DNA of 64,000 nt. It comes from Kudoa neothunni. Taxonomy: Eukaryota > Animalia > Cnidaria. A program made the position numbers and the translations under genes. Of this stretch, positions 11,249 to 24,249 are shown piece after piece. Every line of letters begins with the position of its first letter. The first letter of the stretch is position 1. The notes under the pieces were generated by a model. That model saw nothing but the letters and a program-made list of their open reading frames with translations, had not been told where the DNA came from and did not search any database. The DNA lies in NCBI GenBank assembly GCA_964304625.1, contig OZ199838.1, forward strand, positions 2,705,702-2,769,701. The letters run 5' to 3'.

Positions 11249-11784
11249 AATATGAGGATTGTAAGCTATAAAATTGCAAACGTGAGAAAAATTTTCGAGG
11301 GGATTATGCCAGCGCAACTTTTAATTATACCATTTTTGTAGATGAAATATTTTTTTGAGAAATAAATGATAGCATTTTTACACTCTAAATCAGCGTTATC
11401 ATATGTAGAATAATTTTATTCGCCGTATTTGAATTTTTTTGATATCATTTTGCTAATTTGAACGTCTGTCTTAATATTGGTTAATAGGTTGATTTTGAAT
11501 ACATATAATATATGTTGCAATTTATTTATTAGATAAGTCTTATTAGCGTTACGATAATTCTCCTAGCTCGAATTCTTTCAATACAAAGATTAGGAATGAT
11601 CATAACATGCGTGCTCTTTTATTTGATTAAAGTTATAACTAGGATAATATAAAGTAACTTTATGTTTAACTTAACAATCACTTATTTAAATGTTACACAC
11701 GAAATAAAGATTATATTTCCACAAAATAAATTTAATTAGAACCCAAGTGTATTTTTTAACAACCTTGTCTGCGCATGCTTACCA
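11249..11784. promoter_or_regulatory. Putative bidirectional promoter between CDK and ORC4
   Basis: Start codons are divergent and 536 bp apart. The spacer contains TGCGCATGC (NRF1-like, 11770-11778), CCAAT/ATTGG and several TTTGAA. The motif calls are weak in AT-rich DNA. Confidence 0.4.
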
Positions 11785-13523
11785 ATGGCGGCAAGAGGTG
11801 TAAACTTGGTGGATTCGCTCGAAGCTATCCAATTTAACCCTGAATACAAAGAGAATGTGACAAAGTAACAGTGATACGATTAATGAACTTATGCAAATGA
11901 TATTTCCTAGTCAAATCGAGGGGTTTCTCAAACAAACAATAAACAAAAATATTGGTTCTTCATGTATTTTCATTCGTCCCAATGATGATGATTCCACACA
12001 CCTTGTGAGCCACACCAGCTGTAATTATTTGAAGAAAAAATCCTACAGAAAATATATTTTTATCAGTATAGACTGTAATCCTCCCCACTTCATTTTTTGC
12101 TTGCGTTGATGATGCCAATAACTTTAATTATTACATAGGCGCAATGCATCGAAGTCATAGCACCATTATCCGTGAAATAGCTCGGACGATTTATCGCGAC
12201 GAAGAATATGCTCAATTCCAAAAGGTTGCTAATGTTCAATTAAAGTCTAATTATTCTGTTGTTCAGAAATTGTATAATACACAATTGGCATCGTTAAGTG
12301 ATTATTTCAAAACAGGTTATTATTCTTTTAATTGTCTAATTCTTACTTTTTTTTGTAGTCGTAAAAAAAGTAATTATGGTTCTATTGAATATGGACAGAC
12401 TACTCATGCATGAAACAAACCAAACTCTAATCTACACATTGTTTGACGCTACACGATACAATTCAAATTTCATTTTCATTGGAGACACCATACGCCTAGT
12501 ATAATCGAGAGACAATTGTTGGTGTGTATTGGATTGGCTTTAGAATGTGGTAGAAATGATGGAGAAAAGAGTAAAGTCACGTTTCTCACATCAAATCTAC
12601 AGGCTAAATTGCTCGATTGGGGTGGACCAATTTGTAAAATATTTAAAGTATTAACTAGATTGTGATGGAAATTTTTAAATTTCTAACAATCAAGAGAAAT
12701 CCTCTCCAACACTTTAAATAGCCAATACATTATTAAAGTAAAAATAACCTTAATTGCCATTTATTTGAATTATTTGAATTAATTGAATTAGTGCGTAGAT
12801 CAATTATCCAATTGTGTGGTTTTACAAGACACCAGCTACCGACAACTTAAAAACTTATCGGTTCATTACTTTATTTAATTGGTCCGTAGGTAATCCAATT
12901 AAATGGCGATTATTAGATTTTAACTCATATATCATCGCATGGCATCGACAATAACAACCATTCTGAGTCAGAGTTTGGCAAAAAATTTCATCTTAATTGT
13001 ATCCAATCGAATGATATTAAAATTATATCAGGTGATTAATACTCCTCTCAGGAGATTTGTTCAACTTCTAACATGGAATTGTGAATATGATAGGCTTATC
13101 GAATTTTGAACTTGTAATTGTTCTACTTGCTGCCAAAATCTCAATTCAAAAATCTTCGTGTTCTTTCACCCCATTACAGCTTTATTCGGGTATTGTTCTT
13201 CAGTTATTAACAACTTTAATTACACCTATTATTCACATTATTCACATTGTTCAGATTTCAAAGAATTTATTGATCACACTAATTACCGCGTAATCGCTGT
13301 GGATTTATTTATTTTCAACAATGTATTATACTTCATGCTCAATTTCTCCTGTTAAATACTTATGTAGACAATTAAAGATTTATGTTGTTATGGGATCTTT
13401 ATTTGTCCAATTAGCAAGAACCAACGATACCAATTATCATTAGACCCCCATGAGATTGTCGAACATGCAAAAAAAGCCGCACACCTACCACAAGATATTA
13501 AATCTATTGTGTATTGTGCGTGA
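11785..13523 (+). CDS. ORC4: Origin recognition complex subunit 4 (divergent), multi-exon
   Basis: The spliced product contains HETNQTLIYTLFD, NVVEMMEKRVKSRFSHQIY (ORC4 signature LEKRVKSRFSH), FVKYLKEILS, GLSNFELVIV and a C-terminal LP.DI. All joins I checked can be made with short GT-AG introns. Confidence 0.88.
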
Positions 13524-13875
13524 ACACAAATGATAGATTATGATGGATTGAAATCTTTTCGTCTTTTAATTTTAGATTTATTCGTATTTATTTATATGTT
13601 ACGTAGTTATTTTATTTTATGCTGAGATAGTATTTTGCGGATCAACTTATTGAAGCAATTTATTATCATTATTATTATTATTATTTTATAACAGATAACG
13701 TAGAATTTAAATTGAAAATAATAGGGAAAATTTTCGGGGTAAATTTTAATCCTAACCAGCAAGTAAGCTTGCGCAGTGGTGAAGTTTAATCCCTAGATAG
13801 GCTCGGATTTAATTTTTTAGAATCTGCTATATTTAAATATTTCGGGCTTCTAACGACGGAGCGCTGATATAATTT

Positions 13876-13962
13876 AATATAGTCAAAACTAGTGACTCCT
13901 GAATATTATTTCCCGTACAAATAGCCGCTTTCTTGAAAAATACGAGCTTATAAATAATAAAA
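13876..13962 (+). repeat. Dispersed repeat (probable transposon end), second copy at ~58267-58350
   Basis: ATATAGTCAAAACTA.TGAC...ATACAAATA...CTTATAAATA is shared with 58267-58350. Confidence 0.55.
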
Positions 13963-13997
13963 TAATTGGGAGGAAAACTGCACTATAAACCATTATA

Positions 13998-15302
13998 CAG
14001 TAGGTAATCGATTTTACGTACTTTCTCTACTCCAACCTTAATTATCAAAATCTCTCGCTTTAACTTATTACATACATTATATCATTGTAAATCATTTAGA
14101 CACTAAGAGAAGTTTATTGTTTTTCCATTATTTAAAAATTTGCTCATGCGAGCCGATAAATCTTTCTATTCGCGATTTTGATATCATACCTATTTAAACT
14201 TTGAAACCCCCTACAATAAGAGTGTCGAATTAATTTCCTCATGTAAAATGAATTTGGATTCATTATCAAGAAACATTCTGGATGAGGGATCAAGTAATAA
14301 TTTTTATGCCATAGTTTATAATTGATTAAAGATATTAGAGTCAAGAAATCCGATTTATTATAAACAATTAAATATGTAAATGAATTAGTAATGGGGTTCA
14401 GTTGAAAAATTATTACTTTTAGGATTCTTATGGTTAGGGGTCGCGCTTCAATTTAAAAATGATCAACTTTCTTGGGTAACCATTTATACATTCAAAACTA
14501 TTACCATTACTAGTAAAACAAATAGAGAGATATTGCTGTAAGATCTTCTAACGGCCTTTTTGAACAATTTATATAAAACTATACCATTCATTCAACAAAA
14601 CATTGTTAAATTATTTTAATATGTACAAATTTTCTAAAGTAAACTTTGATTTACGTCTGGAATCCAATTCATATCTAGAAAAGAAATCTAAAATGGTTGA
14701 TGAGTTAATTTTATGTGTACTTCTAGGAGTTGTTCAGATCGTCCTTTGATTTGCTGCCATCACAGGAATTAACAGTTTTTTAACTACTGTAAAAATTTAA
14801 CCATTCAATTTGAGTAACGTAGGAAAGCAAGAGTGATGATGAGACATTTAAAATATACCTTATTTGTTAAAATAATAATTTCAAAAATATTGTTTGCAAT
14901 TTATGTCGATATTTCTGTAACTCAGTTTTTAATCATGAAACTGAATTATATAACATCATTCTCGTATTTATCAAAAAATTCAAAAAGTTTATTACTATCT
15001 CTCAACAGGGGAATAACTTATTTTTCAAAGTCCAACTACAAAAGTATTTCGAGTAAAAACCACATTAATGAAAATGATAAACATCGAAATCCATTTCCAC
15101 CGGATTTTCTACAAGTTATATTAAAAATATAATTAAAAAAAGTTATAATTGTGAACTTTACCATATTACTTAAATACAAAATATTGTTAATTGGCGCTGA
15201 GCACGAACCAAAACGTAAGCTAGTCAGTCAGTCAGTCATTGACGCATTTTCAGTAAATTTTCTCTGGTCCAAAGGGGCTTACGGGAAATCGATTACCTAC
15301 TG
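13998..15302. mobile_element. pogo/Tc1-type non-autonomous element
   Basis: TIR CAGTAGGTAATCGATTT (17-bp perfect, 23 bp with 2 mismatches) flanked by TA on both sides. Faint DDE_1-like peptide remnants on the minus strand. Confidence 0.82.
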
Positions 15303-15688
15303 TATTAAAATGTTTTTATGGTAACTGCTATTTGGATATTTATCAATAAAACATTTCATCTGAGAATTAAAAATACATGAAAAATAAATTTTTAAATTTA
15401 TTTACACTTTTAAGATATATATATATATATATATATATGCTCTTAATTAGGATATTTTTAATTACTGAAATAATTAAATTCGAGCTAAAACACTCTACGG
15501 TAAGCAACCGATATTACGCACTTTTATCGATACAATGTATTAAAAGTTTATATGAGGTAAAACGTTTTATAATATTTTTGTGATTGTAAAAAAATAAAAG
15601 TCTTAAAAATATTCTTGAATTACGCGGGAAGGTACCAGTCTGTTATATCACGTGACTACCAGATAATACGCAGTTTTTTCGACAAAGC

Positions 15689-18579
15689 GGGGTAGTTCGT
15701 GTACCCCAATGAATGTATTTGTTGAAATTTTCCTCTTAAAATTTTAAAGAACCATATTTGGCTTCGGGTAATCTTCCAACATAATTAATGCTTCGTATAT
15801 ATTAGAAAACGTTTTTTATATCCTTTAAATTCAACGTAGATAAGGCATCTTTAAATTTGAAGTTATTTATTTTCGTGTTAATAATACCTGCCAATTCTTT
15901 TAAATAATATTGTTATTATAAAAAAAATGATAACAAATATCCAAAAATATTTTAGAATATAAATAAAAGGCGAATGAGCCCAATAACAGTCAGTCCTTAA
16001 TTGTCACCGACGGAGCCCGATGGATTATTGTATTAATATGAGATTATCCAGAAAGTCGCGCGAATCACGTTTTAATCATTCAGGCTTGTAAGTGTATGCC
16101 GATTTATGAAAAATATTGCAAAAACTTAATATTTCTATAGAAAAAATGTCATACGAAGATAATTCAGATGATCTCATCAGCGATTTTGTCGGTGAAGAAG
16201 CATATGTTGATAGTGACGTAGATTTTGAAGGACATTTATCAGATGAATCATTTTATGAGAATTGTGTGGAATATCCTGAGGACTGGGAGAATCAAAAAAT
16301 GAACGATAACGACAATGATGGGAACCCAATTGAAATATCGACGTCTAAATCGGGATTTCAGTGGGGGTGTGGTCTAAAATCCAAACACGCACCAATTTCC
16401 ACAATTTTTTTAATGTTAATTCTGGCCCTATCGGTGACGCAAGCAATATCTCTGATATTTTGTCATTGTTCATGCTATTTTTTTTCTAATTTTGTATTAG
16501 AAAAAATATTATTCTATGCGAATAAGTTTCGGCAATCCATTGATCGCTATAACAGCATGAATGCAATAACAATGGAGGAATTGATGGCTTTTCTGGGTGT
16601 TTTGATTGCAGCTGGACGTGGTAATGGATCTAGAGTATCATTGAGAAACATTTGAGGAATGAATCCGTTATTTAAGCAAGCATTCTTCTCAGCCGCTATT
16701 TCGAGAGATAGATTCAGTCTTATTTACCGAACCATTCGTTTCGATGACAGGTCAACAAGAGCGGCAAGGTTTTAGACTTCTCGAGATAAATTTGAACCAA
16801 TTCGTGAGATTTTTGAACAAATTAACGAAGCATTCAAAAAAAACTATCCGCCTGGTACGCATATAACGGTTGATGAGCGAATGGTAGGTTTCCGTGGCAG
16901 ATGTCCCTTTCGAGTTTATATGAAAAATAAGCCTGTCCGGTTTGGCATAAAATTGTGGGTTGCCGCTGACGTTAATACGTCATATTTGATGAACGTTCAG
17001 CCATACACCGGAAAAATCGGAAACGTCAAAGAAAGTAAGCAAGGTGAAAGGATTGTCAAGGATCTCATGAGTCCGTTTTATGGTAGTGGACGAGGATTGA
17101 CCACCGAAAACATTTTCAACTCCGTTCCTTTGGCGTTATTTTGTTGGAGAGAAATATAACTTTGACTGGGACGCTAAGAAAAAATAACAGATATATTCCT
17201 GAAATCCTCCGAAACAACGCTAATCATAATGAACTCTCCTCAACTTTTTGTTTCTCTGACGACTTGACAATTGTGTCGTATGTTCCAAAGAAGAATCGTA
17301 ATGTTTTTCTGTTATCCACGGAATATCACGATAGCTCGGTTGAACAATCAGAAAGAAGACGGCCTGAGATTATTGTTCATTACAATAAGACGAAGGGAGG
17401 TGTTGATAACGGTGACCGGATGACCCAACTCTATACCTGTTCGCGAACAACAAGAAGATGGCCTTTAAAAATGTTTATGGACCTGATTGACATGTCAGCG
17501 TTGAATGCTTACATAATTTGGGTGTCAAACAATCCAGATTGGCGATCAACTGATCGAAGTCGCAGGCAGTATTTTCTTCGTGAATTGGCGACCGAACTCA
17601 TCAAACCCAATGTTTTGCTTCGACAAATGTTAAACAATTCTTATCATGTACACCTCAAATCTGCATTCGATATATTTAATAACCACGTAGGAAATAATGA
17701 ATTATCCACCTCGAACAACGAAATTTCAACGGGATCTCAATTCAAGATGTGTCCACTGCCCTAGAACTATTGACCAGAATTTTTTGCAGTGTATGCAAAA
17801 AACCTGTGTGTCTGTCACATCGAGTTAAAAAAAGTGTTGTGCAATGCTCACATTGCAATTTAAATCCCAATTGATAAATTATTATATCGTATAATACAAC
17901 ATATTTTGTTACATTTAGAAATTGGTCGTATCTATGAACAATAATTAGTTTCTCGCAGCTTATACTATAAACACTACTTTAGGAATTTTGTTGAAAATTT
18001 ACTTAGAAATAATAACATATAATGGCTGTTAACCTGCAAATTTATAATCAGTTTAGGTTTATTTTATTTTAAAAAATTTATTTTTGATATTAAAGTTAAT
18101 TTATGTCGGAATAATACAAATTTGAAGTTAGTTTATTAAGATTGATTGCTTCAAATCGCTTCCCGGCTAGTTTAATCCTCGGCATAATTGTAAGATTAAT
18201 GAATATCGTCGGGTAATCTCATCACGATGATGCCGTCGGCCGTTTCGTAAAAATGGTTAGAAACTCACTAAAAATTTGCGTTAAATTTTCTATAAATTTA
18301 TAGATGTCCATTTTATCACATAATCTATATTTCTGGAAAGTATAATGTTTTGCCGCGCCTTTTTTATGGAAATACCCATTATTGATCAATTATATTTTTC
18401 TTCTAAATGATTAAATTATTTTCACTTCCAAGGTCGTTTTATTCAAATTTATATGATTGTCGACTATCTGAAGTAATAAATTCTTATCAAATAAGCGCAG
18501 CAACATTGAGAATCTCTGGGGTAAGTGAACTACCCCCACCGGCACTCGCGTAAGTTTTTTGAGTTCCGGCTTCCGAGGG
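15689..18579 (+). mobile_element. piggyBac transposon, pseudogenised transposase (~16146-17874)
   Basis: ELMAFLGVLIAAG, ITVDERMVGFRGRCPFRVYMKNKP.RFGIKLW, YNKTKGGVDNGD, RRWP and a C-terminal Cys-rich CSVCKKPVC..H, with stops and frameshifts. Right end ...AGGG|TTAA at 18579. Subterminal IR GGGGTAGTTC...TACCCCA at 15689-15708 and 18517-18536. Left terminus eroded. Confidence 0.93.
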
Positions 18580-19046
18580 TTAAATTGTTTTTATTAAAAA
18601 AGAGGGAATAATTTTAATTTTAACAATTGAAGTTTTGAATGAATAAAAAAATATTTTGAGTTATCTACCAAAAATGATCATTTCCATGAAAATAGAATAA
18701 ATTTTATTTCAGGATGTTAGTTGCCAATTAAAGAATGATATAGATGCAAATAGATAAAGATTTCAGGATAAAAACATAAAGAAATAATATTGCGCTAAAA
18801 AATGAATAAGATATAAAATAGTATTTATACTTTTTTAGAACTGATTATTCACTAAGTTTATCCCAATGTAAAAGGATATAAATATTTAATCAATAAATAT
18901 GATTAAATCGAAAATTTCAAATTATTTTTCAGCCAAATAAATTTATGAATGTTTTTTTGTTATTCTATTTAAATAAAGGATGTAATATCCATGCTGAAAA
19001 GTAAAGAAAACACTAAGAATAAATGTGAACGCAATTATAATGCTTA

Positions 19047-19631
19047 CAGTAGGCGACCACTCGTCGTACTCCCCACAGGGGTTGAAAAATGTACGAAAAA
19101 TTGGTCAGTGACCAGTTTTTCGTATTTTGGGCACGTGTATATATATTTTATTATAAAATAAATATAACAACTCACATTATTAATAAAACTTGTATTATTT
19201 TTGTTTTAATAATTAATAATTCTTTAGATTTTTAAAATGCAGTCCAATCCCGAATCTACTAATAATTTTGTTTTTTTCTATTTTAGATACCATGCAAGGT
19301 TTAATAATGAATAATTCAAAATGGTTAACAATAGTAATTCATGCATTCTCTATGAGAAAAAATCAAAATACATGATTATTTAATACTCTTCTCGTATATT
19401 TCTGTAATTACAAAAAATTGGTTAATTCGTAAACAAGTTTTCGGCAAAAATATACGAAAAACATGTACAAAACAATCTAAATTAATTTGAATTAAAAAAC
19501 TTTTCATTCATTTAATGCATTCTATTATAAAATAATATCATATATTTTTATAAACGAGTTAATGAAGCGTAAATCTTCTTTTTGTTAAAAGTAAGAACGA
19601 GTCCACAGTACGAAATACTGGTCACCCACTG
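19047..19631. mobile_element. pogo/Tc1-type MITE, abutting a second element end at 19634-19713
   Basis: Imperfect TIRs CAGTAGGCGACCAC / CAGTGGGTGACCAG with TA flanks, and an internal palindrome at 19092-19124. 19634-19713 resembles the right end of the 13998-15302 element (...GGTCC.AAGGGG...TTACCTACTG|TA). Confidence 0.68.
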
Positions 19632-20725
19632 TATTATCGGTTGCAGCGTTTAATTTTAATACGCACTTTTTTTGATGGTCCTAAGGGGATTTCGTATTAT
19701 CGCTTACCTACTGTATTTAATAACTAGGAATTTTTTACAGACATCATAAGAATTAGAACTATATTATATTGGTTTTGGCCTGAGTATAATATAATTATAA
19801 TCTTAAAAAATGATGATATTATATATTAGAGTAACTTTTGTTTATAAACTATCAATTTATCGTGGTGGCTACTCTATTTATATGTATATGAAGTAAAATA
19901 TGGACATACTAACGAGACTATTTAAATAAAAACTGAATTTGCATTTTCCTAACAAGTACTTTGCATCCTCGAAAATAAGCTCTAATCTATTAATGGATGA
20001 AAATAATTGTAGCGTTTCTCCAAGGATAATCTTATATTATTGTTTCGATTTAAAATTAAAATATGACAGGCGATTTTGTTGGGAAAACACTTTAGAATCC
20101 GTGGAAGATAAATAGGTTTTTTATTCTGTTTGGTTGAAAATACTTCGTAAATAATATTTTTATAATTATTAAGAATGGAATAATCAAGACCGGGTCAAGA
20201 AAAGAGAAAATTTTATTTAAATTGTGTAAAGAAACTTTAATTTATGAATTGACTTTATTTGATAATTTTTTTAATGTAATTATTTAATGTTATATTATGA
20301 GCTTGTAGTAAATTATCTGTATATTTAAAATTAAATTTTTTATAACTTTGAGGGATTATTCTTAATAACTGTTAATTTTTAATATTGATTAAAATCGATA
20401 TTTATAGGCCATAGTAAGTATTCCATCATTTAGCATTTTATATTCATGGAAGGTTAAGACACAATAATACTCATAAAATCGAAATTATTAATCATATTAA
20501 TGTTTTTTTCTTATAGAATATTTAAAAGAGTCGTAATAAAATGGGTGCAATTCGAATCACAACTAGCTTCATTTATTTACTTGAATTAAGTAATATTCGC
20601 CTAATTTGACATGCTTGGTGGTCCCGATACAGATAACAGCTATGCGACCCAACCGAGTCACCTAGATACTAAAACAAATATCGAAAACACAACAGGTTGA
20701 TAAGTGCAATCGATATAGGTTGATT

Positions 20726-22897
20726 ATGTGGGACCAAATAAGAACATACTTGGTGGCCACAATTGCATTAGTTGGAATGATGGCGAACGGCTCGTTGTTG
20801 TATTTGATTTTGGTACGTTCAAAGACGAAAAGGCGGCTCACCTCATTTGTTATGAATTTGTGTTTGGTGCATTTAATAGAGTGTGTGTTATTGATTCCAT
20901 GTCACATTGCTCAAATTTGGACTCGATATTTAAGCAAATACAAATACGCGTGTAATTTTATTGGAGTTGTATGTAGTAGTTGTTTTATGTGCTCACAATA
21001 TACTCTAATGCTGGGGATATGGGTGAGATATTTTTCTATTGTAAAACCGTACATCTATGAGAAATATGGCACCCAAAAATTGATTATTTTAAGTGTAGTA
21101 GGGTGTTGGTTTGTTTCTGTGTTGTTTTCGATGGCACCAGTGTTCGGTTGGGGACGATATGAAGCTGGTGATAATTTATGCATAGCTAATGTGACAACCA
21201 ACAGAAGCTACCTAATATTCATTATAATTGCCGTCTATACCATACCAACCGGAACTATTTCGATGTGTTACATTTTGATATTCCACAAGCTAACATTGAA
21301 TATACTACACATGCCCTCAGCCAACTCAAGTACCCCTCAGCTTATTAACAGCCCAAACAATTCTCGTATCAAACAAATAAATCAATATTGCCTAAATGTT
21401 ATATCCGTTTTGTTATTGGTATTTTGTCTTAAACTCCCAAAGAATATGAGTGTACCAACTAGTTCAAATTATCCTAGGATATGTGAGGCTACAAATTATA
21501 ATCTGTTTGTTTATATTTACAGCTATTTTTCTAGCGAGTGAACAAAGTGCGATGAAAAGTACCCTATTTGTCAAAGGTAATATAATTATTATTTTTTCAA
21601 TCGGCCATTCGTTCCGTACAACCAAAAAAATATGGAATATTTTAATTATTTCGCAATAATCGAACACTTGTAGGAGTAAGATCCACGCTGATCTTATTTT
21701 TGCTACTTTATTTTTTAATAAATAAGAAATAAAATATATTTCAATTTATTGAATTCTAAGTAATCGTTGCGTTCATTAAAATTTTCATTTAAATAAAATT
21801 TCATCGAACCAACTTTTTTTATATCATGTTTTAAAGAAATACTTTAAAAATTGATTGTTTATCACAATTTAAAAACATAATAAAATTAAACTATTTAATT
21901 TATTAAAATCTTATTTTATATAATTAAAAAAATACCTAAATTAACTAATTATTACTAGAATTTGTCGATATTTTTCTACTCAATACAAATTAATTTTTGA
22001 CAATTTTCCTTAAAATTTAAATCTCTTACTATATTAATTATAGAAATTCGACGTTTGCTTTAATAGAAATAAAAAAAATACATATTATTTCATTTAGTCA
22101 GTTAAATCAATTTAATACGTTAAATCTAAAGTTTTAATATATACACTTTGTAACCGACATTTGTCTTAATTGATTTATATATATTTTAATTTTATAAGAA
22201 CAATGTGATTATAACAAATTATTTATAAATTATTAATAAACCGGCAGCTGAGAAATTAAGCCTCTTATCTCTTGCTAAGAATCAATATTGAATCAAATAT
22301 TAATAAAATAATATAACCAAGTTTTTTTTAAATTATTACACTAATATCACCATATACCAGCAGAAATTTAATGTAAACGCGCGCCAAACATATTAATGCG
22401 TATGATGGAACTTCCCTCGAATTTATTAGTCAACAAGAAACGTTAAAATTGTGACTAGATGTTAATCTATATCGTTATTAGCCAGAAAAAGTTCCACCAA
22501 CACAAACATGGCTAATACTTCGAACGAAAGATGCAGTGAAATGGATGAAAATGGAGTAGATTATTCGTACGACAGATTTGAATGTAAACGCATTACATAT
22601 AGAAAAAGTGACGTAATAATGTGTGTTCCCACGGAAATAGTCTTATTAATGTATTAGATTACATACCTACGTGTTCTGTTGGTTATTACGATTAGTCACA
22701 TTACTGCTTGGACGCCGTTGCTTCTTGCCGCTTTGCTGAAAAATTATTACACCAAATATATTGAGGAGGATGTATCGTTTCAATTAGTGGATTTTTCCTT
22801 CCTTATGGCTTTTCTAAATGCAGTCGCCACCCCAGCCATAACACTCACACTCAACCCCAACTACAATAAACACATTCGGCATTATTTCCACTGTTAA
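20726..22897 (+). CDS. Class A (rhodopsin-like) orphan GPCR, paralogue of 2508-3851
   Basis: TM1-TM5 are in one exon (GMMANG, WVRYFSIVKP, APVFGWGRY...LC) and introns occur only in ICL3. The last exon is ITYLRVLLVITISHITAWTP...ATPAITLTLN. It shares WTRYL, LMxGI and YLRVLLVI with the first GPCR. Confidence 0.86.
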
Positions 22898-23672
22898 TGA
22901 GTTATATCTAACTTAATTGGCTAATGCAGAAGTTTATTTCGATTGATTAGTTTCAGTGAGTGTATTTTTTTAATTTATTACGAGGGAAAATTATTTCTAG
23001 ATCGTTTCACTACCAACTGCATAAAGTTTATTCTTCGATGGTTAATCGAAGAATCATCTCAGAAAACTTGCGTGTGTTACCATGGGGGGAATTCATAGAC
23101 CCCAATGCTTTTTCCATTATTTCCTCTTATATTTTAACAACCTTGAATATTCATAACGAAGAGTATATTATTAATTAAGATACACATTTAAACGGTATGA
23201 CGAAAATTCGTATACGCGTATGCAGACTGTGGAAACATTTGAAAAATGAGCAATAACTGGAAATAAAACCTTCATTATTTTGAAAAAGAAGATATAATAA
23301 TTTTCTTCTGTTTAATGATTATTTTTAAATAAAGGATTACTCAACAAATACATATTAGAAATGTCAGAATAATAAATGCCACGGAAGATTAAGAACCAAC
23401 CCCTCTATAATTTATAATATTGAAACAAATTGGTTTTCTTAATTACAAAATATTCTCTGATAGTAGTATTCAATGGTAATTATAAATTTTAAGATGTATC
23501 TGCCAAAAATACGATCACTGTTATGGCACATTTGACTTAGGAACCAATCACAAAAACCTACAATTGTATGTTGTCGTAAGCTCGGAATTTTTGAATTTAT
23601 TATAAAATCTATTTTTCATTTAATAATTATGCACTTATTGATATTTTTTGTAGTACTTCACCTTGTGATATG

Positions 23673-24215
23673 TAGGACTGCCAGCGGGGTTTAAAAATCC
23701 CCAAGGATGGATGGTCAAAATCCCAAGTTTAAATACAAAAACCCATGATCAAGAAAAAAGCTAGTTTAAATACAACAAAAAAATAGAATCGAATCTATTA
23801 AAGTTATTAATCTTCTTCCGATTCTATAATTACGCCTTTAGATACTAAATTTAAATTTATCGTCATAGCACTACAATTTTTTGGCGCGAACACTCATACT
23901 TAATGTCAAATATTGATCAATATAATTACAATTAATTATTTCATAGCTCAAGATATATTTTTAAATAAATCTTAAATTTTGTAATAACGGGCGACGAGAT
24001 TTACTGAATGATTATGTAATCGTGTCACGTTAAACAGGCTAAAATGCTGTCATTCAATATTGTAAATGTTTAAACTCTGCATGGTATAATCCGAATAGGA
24101 TATGATATTAAAAATAAAAATACCGCGCATAAAAAAAATTTGTTTTAATGAATGTTTAAAGGTTTTCAACAAAAACTCAAGATTTTAGGGTAAAAGCAAA
24201 CCCCTGGCAACTATG
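23673..24215. mobile_element. Possible hAT-type MITE
   Basis: Degenerate inverted ends TAGGACTGCCAGCGGGGTTT / reverse complement CATAGTTGCCAGGGGTTT. No convincing TSD. Confidence 0.35.
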
Positions 24216-24249
24216 GATATAAGAGAGTATAATTTGAAGCATTTTTTAA

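Noticed and set aside
11420-11500. CHR (TTTGAA) cell-cycle promoter elements
   Set aside because: The hexamer is expected frequently by chance at this AT content and cannot be supported alone.
12634-12740. Apparent in-frame TAA codons in ORC4 suggesting stop-codon reassignment or multiple indels
   Set aside because: A 47-nt GTATTAAC...CAAG intron with a CTAAC branch-like site restores FVKYLKEILS, so the standard code suffices. Other genes here end normally in TAA or TGA.
22361-22441. Extra ICL3 exon in the second GPCR
   Set aside because: It contains an in-frame TAA in the required phase. Direct splicing from 21575 to 22482 keeps the frame.
2508-22897. GPCRs as opsins (FGWGRY-type loop)
   Set aside because: There is no Lys at the retinal-binding position in TM7 (Phe in both).
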